Positions 40,101-48,230 of a DNA stretch of 51,139 nt are shown in pieces. Every line of letters begins with the position of its first letter. Position 1 is the stretch's first letter. The notes beneath the pieces were generated by a model that saw only the letters and a list, made by a program, of their open reading frames with translations, ran no database searches and was not told where the DNA came from. The position numbers and the translations under genes were made by a program. Origin of the DNA: Candidatus Micrarchaeota archaeon (lineage in GTDB: Archaea > Micrarchaeota > Micrarchaeia > Micrarchaeales > CABMGC01); assembly GCA_964501245.1 (NCBI GenBank), contig CAZCSE010000002.1, forward strand, positions 1 through 51,139, given 5' to 3'.

Positions 40101-40640
40101 ATGGTTAACACGCATGGCATAAAGATGAATGATCATAGCAGTAAGAATCTGGAATTTGAGGAGATATCAAAATCAGGAATATTCAGGATGCATGCCCATG
40201 CCAACTGCGCAGAATCTTTGAAGCTGCTCGTGGAGCACGGCCTTAGACCTGCAGGTTATCAGGAGATATTGGCAAGGGCGTATGGAAGCTCAAGAAGGGC
40301 GCTTAGGTTCAGAAACAATCTGAAAGGAGACAGCTTCTATATTAACGGCTTCGGCATAGATGAGTTCAGTGAGCGCTGTACGTTCAACAGGGATGGCGAG
40401 CTTCTGCAGATTGGCAGAGAGGTTCCAGATAATGTTTATGGAATCGAGGACACTGTTTTTGTATACAAAGGGCATATGCCTTTGATACTCTCCGTGTACA
40501 GCGACCGCTTTGCAAAGCTGAAGGGATACCGTTTTGATATAGACGGAGATGCAAGTCCTGCAGTAAAAGAGCATACGGTAATCGGCATTAAGAATGATGG
40601 CAAGCTTGATACGATGTTCTCCATTCTGCTAAGGCATTGA
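40101..40640 (+). CDS. Hypothetical protein, paralog family member 3 (more divergent)
   Basis: AESLKLLVEHGLRPAGYQEILARAY...FRNNLKG aligns with the family core. Starts 5 nt after member 2. Confidence 0.5.
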   Translation: MVNTHGIKMNDHSSKNLEFEEISKSGIFRMHAHANCAESLKLLVEHGLRPAGYQEILARAYGSSRRALRFRNNLKGDSFYINGFGIDEFSERCTFNRDGELLQIGREVPDNVYGIEDTVFVYKGHMPLILSVYSDRFAKLKGYRFDIDGDASPAVKEHTVIGIKNDGKLDTMFSILLRH

Positions 40641-40739
40641 CTTATCTTCAGGCTTCGATGCGCTTCTTGGATACCAGAGGTTCCTGAAAATATTTGTAAA
40701 ATTTATATAACTTGGTTGTAAGTGTATAGTGTGAGTGGA

Positions 40740-41396
40740 ATGTTAGTAGAACATAAGATAAAGGATTTTTCAGCACTTTTGCAGGAAGGAGCAATAAAGG
40801 GACTTACCCCGAAGCAGATAAAGGCACATATAGGCCTTTATGAAGGATATGTTAAGAAGCTTAACGAAATAGAGCAGAAACTCGATGAGCTTAGGAAGCA
40901 GATGGATACCGATCCTGAGATATTGAGCAAGAATGCGAACTTCAGCTACGGCAGCTATAGCGAGCTTAAGCGCAGGGAGATAGTCGCATACAACGGAAGC
41001 TACCTGCACAAGGCTTACTTTGAGAATCTTGAGCCTGTCAACGAGCCTGATGACCAGTTCAAGTCGATGCTCAAGAGCTCTTTCGGAAGCGTGGACAAGT
41101 GGAAGGCAGAGACAAAGGCAGACGCAGCCTCTACCCCTGGATGGGTACTGGTAGCGGTCGACAGGAACAGGAACCAGCTGCACAACTGGGTCATAAACGA
41201 GCACAGTATAAACGTCCCTGCAATAGCCCAGGATGTGGTAATTGCACTTGACTGCTGGGAACACGCATATGCTATAGACTATGGAACTGACAAAGGCTCT
41301 TATGTAAAGGTCTTCCTTGAAAATATAAACTGGCAGGAAGCGAACAAGCGCCTTAATGACGTACTGAACGGAAACAAATCAAAGGCAATGTCATAG
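40740..41396 (+). CDS. sod: Fe/Mn-family superoxide dismutase (divergent N-terminal domain)
   Basis: C-terminal metal-ligand motif DCWEHAYAIDYG (D-x-W-E-H-A-Y), NGSYLHKAYFENL (second His ligand region) and INWQEANKRL. TATA-like atttatataa at 40701..40710 favours the ATG at 40740 over the GTG at 40722. Confidence 0.75.
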   Translation: MLVEHKIKDFSALLQEGAIKGLTPKQIKAHIGLYEGYVKKLNEIEQKLDELRKQMDTDPEILSKNANFSYGSYSELKRREIVAYNGSYLHKAYFENLEPVNEPDDQFKSMLKSSFGSVDKWKAETKADAASTPGWVLVAVDRNRNQLHNWVINEHSINVPAIAQDVVIALDCWEHAYAIDYGTDKGSYVKVFLENINWQEANKRLNDVLNGNKSKAMS

Positions 41397-41459
41397 TGTA
41401 AAAGAAGCAGATATGCGTGCATCTGAGTACTATGGAGAATTCTGAAGCCAGTATGAGCC

Positions 41460-41765
41460 TTACTCATGCTTATGTCCATGTGATGAGTGGTCATGTTCAA
41501 CGTTCACTGGCTTTTTTTCCTTTCTTCTCAGCCCTATCAACGCCATTGCAGTATTGGCAGTAACTACTGCTGCGTTTACAACACACCTTGGGCAGCTCCC
41601 GCATCCGCAGGTACTCAGTATTGTAAGATTATTCTGCATTGTCGGAGCAAGCACAGCAGTTTTTTCCGTGCTGGTAGCAGCAATGCGCCTTGCAGCCTTG
41701 AAAAGACGCTTCATGCCAGTAGCTTCTGATACTTCCTGCTTTTTTGTTACTGATTCTTCCGCCAT
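41460..41765 (-). CDS. Small Cys-cluster / His-rich protein with one hydrophobic segment; possible metal-binding protein
   Basis: 101 aa with TCGCGSCPRC followed by VVNAAVVTANTAMALIGL and a C-terminal EHDHSSHGHKHE. Convergent with sod. Confidence 0.4.
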   Translation of the reverse strand: MAEESVTKKQEVSEATGMKRLFKAARRIAATSTEKTAVLAPTMQNNLTILSTCGCGSCPRCVVNAAVVTANTAMALIGLRRKEKKPVNVEHDHSSHGHKHE

Positions 41766-42019
41766 AATTTTGTATGGTTATGCATGATATTTAAGCTTAT
41801 CCCAACGCAAACCGTAAAATAGCGCATATTGACACTTAACGTTCCTCGTGAAAAGGCGTATATACCTAAAAATTCACTATAATAGTGGAAGGCAATCTGT
41901 GGCCAACATATTAAAGCGGCTTGTCTTCCCTGCGCAACTGGCGCAATTCCTTGCCGGTCACATGTTTATCATATGTGTATCTTTGGATTGATATCTACGT
42001 ATAACTTTTATCTGATTTT

Positions 42020-42685
42020 ATGGGCGTAATTGATGCAGTAGTGGTTGATGGAGACAGAACTCTTTGGAAGGGATCTTCTACAGGGGCTCTTGGAAAGGCA
42101 TATCTCCTAAAGACCATCAGGGAGCTTAACTTATACAAGGCGGCAAATTACGCTTTTGGAATTGCATATGTGAATCTCATAGTAAATGCTTATAGAGATT
42201 CTGATGGAATACCCAGCGGTCAGAGGAAGTTCTATGATATTATGATAGAGAACAGCATAGGTATGAAAGAGGAGATGAACAGTATCGTAGGCAGGCATAT
42301 TAGAAAAAACGCAATTGAAAAGGTTGCAAAAATAGCAGATTACTACGTTACAGGAGATATCCCTGTCTTCCTTTCCACTATGGCCGGATCTACAACTGCC
42401 GAGTATGCAAAATATAACTTCAGACTTACAGATTTCGTATCTAACGTAGAGATATTTGATAATTCAAAGAAGCTGATAGGATTTGATGCGCGGATTACCT
42501 GCGGAGAGAGCAAACTTGCGCTTACTGAAGAGGTTCTGGACAGGCATGGACTGAAACTGTGGAACTGCATGGTAATTGGAGATAGTGTACACGATATACC
42601 TATGCTCCAATCGGCAAAGATCGCGATGGCTTCACCATTTGCATCTGAAAAAGTCCTTGAACTTAAGAGGATAGTACGCCTGTAA
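42020..42685 (+). CDS. HAD-superfamily hydrolase (subfamily IB/SerB-like)
   Basis: Motif I VVVDGDRTLW (DxD), late GDSVHDIPM motif, helical cap insert. Confidence 0.6.
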   Translation: MGVIDAVVVDGDRTLWKGSSTGALGKAYLLKTIRELNLYKAANYAFGIAYVNLIVNAYRDSDGIPSGQRKFYDIMIENSIGMKEEMNSIVGRHIRKNAIEKVAKIADYYVTGDIPVFLSTMAGSTTAEYAKYNFRLTDFVSNVEIFDNSKKLIGFDARITCGESKLALTEEVLDRHGLKLWNCMVIGDSVHDIPMLQSAKIAMASPFASEKVLELKRIVRL

Positions 42686-42756
42686 GAGTAGTAACATGTC
42701 GATTTTGCTTTCGTAGAGATATAAAAAGGTAAGTTGGCATATGCTTATGTTATAAC

Positions 42757-43371
42757 ATGGCAAAGGAGATAGAACTTAAGATTGTAGATATAAACAGGAA
42801 TGAAGCAAAGAAAAGATTGGAAGCAATTAATGCCAGATTTAGAGGTCATTTTGTACTTCAGCGAGTTACTTTCCAAGGAACAAGATCAGGTCGGATCAAG
42901 GATTATTCGTCAAGTACTGCCAATGATTTTTATCACACCTCGTGGGCACGCGTGAGAACCGATGGAAAGAAGACCGCACTAACGCTAAAAGAACAACGCG
43001 GCACTGGAATAAGGAAAAGATATGAATATGAAGTAGAGGTAAGCGATTTTGCAACTACAGTAAAGATACTGACAAGAATAATGCCAGATTCTTCCCGAAG
43101 CTACATGGTTACAAAAAGAGATGTATATGAATCTGGAGATGTGACAATTACCATAGATAAATGGCCGTATTTACCATACCAGCTTGAGATAGAAGGACCT
43201 ACGGAGAAAAAGGTCAGAAACACATATGATAAACTCAAGATAAGAGGAAAAATTGTTCCAAGCATTGCAGTTTCAGACGAAGAGTACTACAAACTACAAG
43301 GCATTGACTACAAAAAACTAGTTTCCAGAAATAATGCTAAATTAGACAGACTATTAAGCAAAGCCAGATAA
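42757..43371 (+). CDS. CYTH-domain protein (triphosphate tunnel metalloenzyme / CyaB-like)
   Basis: N-terminal ExExK signature (KEIELKIV) and alternating charged beta-strand pattern (RVR, YEYEVEV, LEIEG). Confidence 0.6.
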   Translation: MAKEIELKIVDINRNEAKKRLEAINARFRGHFVLQRVTFQGTRSGRIKDYSSSTANDFYHTSWARVRTDGKKTALTLKEQRGTGIRKRYEYEVEVSDFATTVKILTRIMPDSSRSYMVTKRDVYESGDVTITIDKWPYLPYQLEIEGPTEKKVRNTYDKLKIRGKIVPSIAVSDEEYYKLQGIDYKKLVSRNNAKLDRLLSKAR

Positions 43372-43462
43372 AACATCAGCATATTAGGGATTCATCCAGA
43401 CCTTTTAAGTACTTATATATAACCTTATAACTTCTCGGAAAGCAGACTAATACTCACTAGAA

Positions 43463-43535
43463 TGGGGAGTCCGTGATTTGAACACGGGTCGCAAGCTCCC
43501 AAAGCTTGAAGCCTACCAAGCTAGCCTAACTCCCC
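43463..43535 (-). tRNA. tRNA-Pro (anticodon UGG)
   Basis: Hand-folded: acceptor GGGGAGT/ACTCCCC+A, anticodon stem CAAGC/GCTTG with loop TTTGGGA, T arm CCGTG-TTCAAAT-CACGG. Confidence 0.8.
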
Positions 43536-43595
43536 TAGATTTAGTATATTAAAAACAGGGTAATCTATATAACTTACTTTTTACCTATTCCTTGT

Positions 43596-44489
43596 TTACT
43601 TCTTCTGCTTTTTCTTCTGCCCAGGCATCCTTCCTTTTGGTTTGGGTATCTTCAGCCCTGGGAACATGCTCACAAGCGTATCTGAGCTTACGTCCAAGTC
43701 CATCTTAATGTTCTGCAGCATTTTTCCGAATAAGTATATGACTGCTATGCCCCTTACCGAATCTGAAGGAATTGCTTTGCTTACCGTCTTCTTCGTATTA
43801 TCGCTGCATAGAATATCAACAATCTTCTCTAAGTTTGCAACGCTCTTCCGCATGTTGTTTGTGGAGTCGTTTGCATAAAGGTCAAGCTCTTCGGTGTTGA
43901 TTCCTAGGATCTGCGGAAGTTTCCTGTCAGTTGCCATGCGTATCGATGTTAGATGGGCTGCCACTTCCTCAGGCTTGGTCTCTTTGTCTATCGAGAGCTT
44001 CTTTATTGATATCCAGTCCTTGTACTTTGCCATGAATGCCACTCCTGCATAAGGAGGAGTGCCTGTCTTATTCGCTTTTGATTTGCTCTCCAGTATCTTG
44101 TTGTCCGCAGGTACATACCAGTTGAGCCCTAATCTCTTTGCAGCTGCCCTTAGAAGGTATACCTTTGCAAAGGGCTTCAGCTGATCGCTGTTCTTTGCTG
44201 CTTTTGTTATGTTAGAATCGGCATCTGCAGAACCTAAAGCCTTGTATGCTGCAGCCAGTGATTTGTAATCGTTCTTTGCAAAAGAAGAGGCAAACTTCTT
44301 TGCATATGCATCCAATGTCTTTGTGTCTATTCCAAGAACTTCGAATGCCTTGTCGCTGACCAGGCTCCTTACCGATGCAAGCTCATGTGCTATTTCTGTT
44401 GGCTTTGTAGAGTCGCTTACTTCAAGGTTCCTGGATTCTACCCAGCCATTATAGTTTGCAAAGAATTCTATAGAATCAGTGCCGGCCAT
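43596..44489 (-). CDS. Hypothetical 297-aa protein built from two copies of an unknown domain of about 135 aa, plus a basic tail
   Basis: Internal duplication: FFANYNGWVESRNLEVSDSTKPTEIAHELASVRS...VLGIDTKTLDAYA versus FMAKYKDWISIKKLSIDKETKPEEVAAHLTSIRM...ILGINTEELDLYA. C-terminus PKPKGRMPGQKKKQKK. Confidence 0.55.
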   Translation of the reverse strand: MAGTDSIEFFANYNGWVESRNLEVSDSTKPTEIAHELASVRSLVSDKAFEVLGIDTKTLDAYAKKFASSFAKNDYKSLAAAYKALGSADADSNITKAAKNSDQLKPFAKVYLLRAAAKRLGLNWYVPADNKILESKSKANKTGTPPYAGVAFMAKYKDWISIKKLSIDKETKPEEVAAHLTSIRMATDRKLPQILGINTEELDLYANDSTNNMRKSVANLEKIVDILCSDNTKKTVSKAIPSDSVRGIAVIYLFGKMLQNIKMDLDVSSDTLVSMFPGLKIPKPKGRMPGQKKKQKK

Positions 44490-44493
44490 GCTG

Positions 44494-44718
44494 TTACGCT
44501 GTCCCAGGTATTACATAATATCCAGAAGCTTTCTCCCTTGCAACACGCTTCACCACGCCCTTTCCCGCTAGCGATACCAGTGCGTTGTTTACCATCGACT
44601 TTGGCCTGTTGCATTTCTTTGCTATATCGTCAGCCGTCTTCTTCTTTTCCTCGCTCGTCGCTCCTATCTCCTTCATGGATTGAACGACAAGGCTCTCTAT
44701 AGGGTTTAAATCTACCAT
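44494..44718 (-). CDS. Small winged-helix (wHTH) DNA-binding protein
   Basis: 74 aa. TADDIAKKCNRPKSMVNNALVSLAGKGVVKRV shows a typical HTH plus wing. Its stop lies 4 nt before the 297-aa gene. Confidence 0.5.
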   Translation of the reverse strand: MVDLNPIESLVVQSMKEIGATSEEKKKTADDIAKKCNRPKSMVNNALVSLAGKGVVKRVAREKASGYYVIPGTA

Positions 44719-44738
44719 TATCTCAACTCAGAAAAGCA

Positions 44739-44891
44739 TCACTTCTTTACTCTCTTTTCCTTCCTCTTAGGGCGCAGGTACTTGTAGCCGCATCTCTTGC
44801 ATTTCTCTACGCCAGCCCTGTTTCTACCTTTGCACTTCCTGCATATCCAGGTCTTGGACAGCTGCGCGTCTGCTATTGGAAACTTTCCCAT
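44739..44891 (-). CDS. rpl40e: 50S ribosomal protein L40e
   Basis: MGKFPIADAQLSKTWICRKCKGRNRAGVEKCKRCGYKYLRPKRKEKR has the Cys4 ribbon and length typical of archaeal L40e. The internal ATG at 44891 is preferred to the track start at 44939. Confidence 0.8.
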   Translation of the reverse strand: MGKFPIADAQLSKTWICRKCKGRNRAGVEKCKRCGYKYLRPKRKEKRVKK

Positions 44892-45057
44892 ACTAAGCAC
44901 TTGATTTTTGGATCTAAGAATAGAACCTAATACTACCACTACTATGAAGGAGTAATATTAAAAATCTTGTGTTATCTGCACTGTAACGGTATTCTTCAAA
45001 ACATCAGCCCAATAAATTGTCGGCATACGGCGAATAGGACCGGATATTATAGTTATA

Positions 45058-45070
45058 TTTATAAATCAGG
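45058..45070 (+). promoter_or_regulatory. TATA-box-containing string TTTATAAATCAGG upstream of the tandem paralog cassette; identical to 39533..39545
   Basis: Exact 13-mer repeat of the promoter string of the 39565 locus. Similarity continues beyond it (cATtTCA versus ATATTCA). Confidence 0.35.
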
Positions 45071-45138
45071 ATATTCACAGATTTTACTTGTTTATACAAG
45101 CTAGATTTTAGAGTATCTGGAGTTAAAACTGCAGGTAG

Positions 45139-45456
45139 TTGACAATGATAACAAAAATAATGGAGTATAGGGAGGTACGGATAGGAAGTAACAGGGTAGT
45201 AATAGCCCAGTCGATAAACGCGCCTGATATTAAGGAAGTCAATAAGGTATTCGACAGTGCAGGTCTAAGGATGCTCAGAAGAGAAGAGGCTGAGAAGGTC
45301 ATTTCGCTTTACCCGAAGCTCAAGGAGGAGTTGAGAGGGACACATTTTGATACCTCAGATGGAAAGGGCTTTTTTGTTGATAAGGATTGCTCAGCTATAT
45401 TTAAGGCAATTGTCAGGACAGATCTGCCCTATTCTAAAGATAATGCCATTGGTTAG
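45139..45456 (+). CDS. Hypothetical protein, paralog family member 4 (short form, 105 aa)
   Basis: IKEVNKVFDSAGLRMLRREEAEKVISLYPKLKEELRG aligns with the family core. AGGT-type SD-like gcaggtag lies just upstream. The start is the TTG at 45139 or the ATG at 45145. Confidence 0.5.
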   Translation: MTMITKIMEYREVRIGSNRVVIAQSINAPDIKEVNKVFDSAGLRMLRREEAEKVISLYPKLKEELRGTHFDTSDGKGFFVDKDCSAIFKAIVRTDLPYSKDNAIG

Positions 45457-45488
45457 ATGTCCAATTTATGTAGTCAAGGCAAGGTATA

Positions 45489-45989
45489 ATGCATATGGTA
45501 AATGAAAGTCGTATCGCCGTTGCAGAAGAGACATCGTACATCAGAATTGCAGACAGATATACGTCGCTTGCAAGAATGGATTTCTCACCGCATATACCTG
45601 ACAATTCAAGGATTGCAACTTTTGATGAGTTACTCCGTGAACATAAAAAAGGAACCGGCTTCAGGGATGAATTGAGAGATTATTGCAGTAGCAAAAACGC
45701 TCATGACGGATGGGTACTCGTCGCTAAAGGAGCAGGATACTGCCCTGAAAATTTATACTGGCATTACCATATAGATAATGGAGTTGCAGAGCACGTGAGG
45801 CGTCCAATGCTGCGCAAGATACCTGGAGAGAGAAGATTGGCAGTATTTATGAAAAGCAATGGTTACCTATGTGTTAAATTTGGAGCAGATTATTTTCCTC
45901 CGGGTAATGAGCTATACATTGCGCGTGCAGTTTATGTTATGTTTGATAGAGATGATGAGAAATATGCATTTAAACGTGAAAAGAGATAG
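45489..45989 (+). CDS. Hypothetical protein, paralog family member 5
   Basis: NSRIATFDELLREHKKGTGFRDELRD...DGWVLVA, IPGERRLAVFMKSNG and ARAVYVMFD blocks. Confidence 0.55.
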   Translation: MHMVNESRIAVAEETSYIRIADRYTSLARMDFSPHIPDNSRIATFDELLREHKKGTGFRDELRDYCSSKNAHDGWVLVAKGAGYCPENLYWHYHIDNGVAEHVRRPMLRKIPGERRLAVFMKSNGYLCVKFGADYFPPGNELYIARAVYVMFDRDDEKYAFKREKR

Positions 45990-45995
45990 GCAGGC

Positions 45996-46505
45996 TTGTT
46001 TTGTGGTGTTATGAGTAGCAGTATAAAGAAACGTGAAAATGAGTGTCCGCAGGTATTCAGATCTGCTGAGAAAGTACTGCCAGTAGATATAGATGAGTTG
46101 ATTGGGTCATTGCGAGAAAAAGGGCGCATACTTGCTTCTGCTGAGGAGGTGGAAGTAAATTATGCGAGTAACGCGGTTTTCAGAAGCATGATGTATAGGC
46201 AGGGTTGGGCATTGACAGCACAGATAGGAATTTACAATATGGAATACAGAAGGCTTGGCAGTGATGGATCAGTTAATTATAGGGTTAGCAGGGATGAATT
46301 TTCTGCTTTGTCTCCTCAAGAAAGGTCTGTGCGGCTGCCTGGAAATGGAATAGTGCTTGCAAGCAACGCCTACTTTGAAGGCAACAGCTGCCTGATACTG
46401 CGCGCAGATATAACCAGATACAGGCCCGTCAGTTATCTGTACACTATAGACAAAGAAAAAAAGACAAGGGCTACTACGCTCGTAGAGGTACTGCGCAGGC
46501 TTTGA
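45996..46505 (+). CDS. Hypothetical protein, paralog family member 6 (the start may be the ATG at 46011)
   Basis: IDELIGSLREKGRILASAEEVEVNYASNAVFRSMMYRQGWALTA, SPQERSVRLPGNG and VSYLYTID blocks. Confidence 0.55.
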   Translation: MFCGVMSSSIKKRENECPQVFRSAEKVLPVDIDELIGSLREKGRILASAEEVEVNYASNAVFRSMMYRQGWALTAQIGIYNMEYRRLGSDGSVNYRVSRDEFSALSPQERSVRLPGNGIVLASNAYFEGNSCLILRADITRYRPVSYLYTIDKEKKTRATTLVEVLRRL

Positions 46506-46585
46506 ATTTAGATTATGGCAGGTGGGATAGGCCATAAGGATATATTTAAATACGAGAAATTAGTATATTTATATGAAGTGATACT

Positions 46586-48205
46586 ATGGCAACTGTAAAG
46601 AAAAGATCAAGTAAAATGACAGGAGGACAGGAAGTAAATGCGACAGACCTGCTTAACAATTTCACACATGCTTCACGTTCTATAAATGGCATAGATAGCG
46701 AAAATCTCTCCGAGAAGAGCAGCGGCTCGGCAAAGCACAATTATTATGCAGAGATGGTAACTGAACTGCAGACGCGCGTCAGGGCTGCAAGCAGGAAAAG
46801 CGAACTTAGCGTAAAGGAGAGAATAGAACTTGAAAAAAAGGGTGAGGAAGAGGCAAAGAAACTCTCAGGAATGCCTGCAGATAAGCTTAGGGCGTCATTC
46901 TCTGGATTTGTCGAAAAGATAAAGGGACCGTCTTATGAAGATGCAGTGCGCAGGGTGGCAAAGCTCACAGGAGACCTTCAAAAGCTTGCAAGCACCGATT
47001 CAAAGGCAGCATATCATGCACTTGAAACTGCGATACATGATTTCAGCGCTGCTTCAAAAAACAAAGCGTCAGGCAAGAAAAAAGATGGTAAAAAGGATGA
47101 TGAGCCACAGATAACTAAGGATCTGAAGCTGATAAGAAAGGTTGCGATTATAGAGGAACTGGGCAGAGATCTTGCAAGGTATGCTGATAGTGTAAATCCT
47201 GTTAGAAAGAGACCTGTACTTAGGGAAGACTCTCCTTTCAGGAGCGTACTTTATCCTGAGGAGAAGACTAGTAAAATGTCAACTGCAGATAAAAGTACTG
47301 CAAAAACTGCTGAGACAGCACCTGAGATGAAGATAAGGGAAGGGGATGAAAAGAGTGAAGCTGCAGCTGAGAATCAGGGCAGCAGGGAAAATGGCGGAGC
47401 TGAGAGAAATACGGGTTCACAGCACAAGGCTGGAGAGGAACAGCCACTGATATTGGATCTTAGAAAGCTTGATACTCCTGAGAAGATAATAAAGCAGCGC
47501 AGTATAATAGAGGCAAATATAACCAAGAGAATGGACCAGATTAACCACGTCTTAAATATTATCGGTAATAAGGAAAAGAATCAGATTACAGAAGCAGATC
47601 TTGAAAAGGTATCTGATACCAACATAAAGCTTTTTGTAGAGATAACAGCGTATAAAGACCTGCTTATTGAGATGAAAGATAATCTGAGTAAAACGTTCCC
47701 TAATGATAAAGAAGCACGCGAATCGCATGAGAAGTCAATAGACGCGCTTGTGAAGAAGATAGGGGATGCCGGAGCGTATTCCAACAAAAGGATAGCTAAG
47801 ATCGCAGAGGAGAAAGGACTCAGTGTTAGCAGAGTGCCAATGTTTCTGCATGAGATAAGGGACATGCAGAGAGACCTTTATAGTATCAGGGATTCATCAG
47901 GGAAGCCTATTTATGAGAGGCTTGGGGCGAATACGCTCTTCTTTGATGAAGGAAACAATAGCCAGAGGGTAGTAAAACAGATTGGGGAGGACTACGAAGA
48001 GATAATGAAGCGGCTTAACGCTAAGAACAAGGCCGTCCTGAAAGGATATGAAGATGATTATGCCGATATGTCCGAACTTGTTATAACACAGCTAGCAGCA
48101 ATAGGGGTTCAGCTAAGGTGGGAAGGGAGAGGCACAGTTGGAAGGGAAGGATTGTGGCAGGATCTCAGCGCACCTTTTGTATTTTCCGGTGAGAGTGCGC
48201 AGTAG
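46586..48205 (+). CDS. Hypothetical 539-aa highly charged, predicted helical/coiled-coil protein
   Basis: K/E/A-rich heptad-like stretches and a central low-complexity segment (KTAETAPEMKIREGDEKSEAAAENQGSRENGGAERNTGSQHKAGEE). No catalytic motif recognised. Confidence 0.5.
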   Translation: MATVKKRSSKMTGGQEVNATDLLNNFTHASRSINGIDSENLSEKSSGSAKHNYYAEMVTELQTRVRAASRKSELSVKERIELEKKGEEEAKKLSGMPADKLRASFSGFVEKIKGPSYEDAVRRVAKLTGDLQKLASTDSKAAYHALETAIHDFSAASKNKASGKKKDGKKDDEPQITKDLKLIRKVAIIEELGRDLARYADSVNPVRKRPVLREDSPFRSVLYPEEKTSKMSTADKSTAKTAETAPEMKIREGDEKSEAAAENQGSRENGGAERNTGSQHKAGEEQPLILDLRKLDTPEKIIKQRSIIEANITKRMDQINHVLNIIGNKEKNQITEADLEKVSDTNIKLFVEITAYKDLLIEMKDNLSKTFPNDKEARESHEKSIDALVKKIGDAGAYSNKRIAKIAEEKGLSVSRVPMFLHEIRDMQRDLYSIRDSSGKPIYERLGANTLFFDEGNNSQRVVKQIGEDYEEIMKRLNAKNKAVLKGYEDDYADMSELVITQLAAIGVQLRWEGRGTVGREGLWQDLSAPFVFSGESAQ

Positions 48206-48230
48206 CACAATATGTTCATAGCATAGTGGG

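Noticed and set aside
40770-41264. A 164-aa minus-strand ORF overlapping sod. Similar long antisense ORFs lie at 19828..20424, 24079..24531, 32696..33106, 1256..1741 and 6576..7013.
   Set aside because: All lie opposite genes with strong family signatures and have skewed, low-complexity composition typical of antisense frames.
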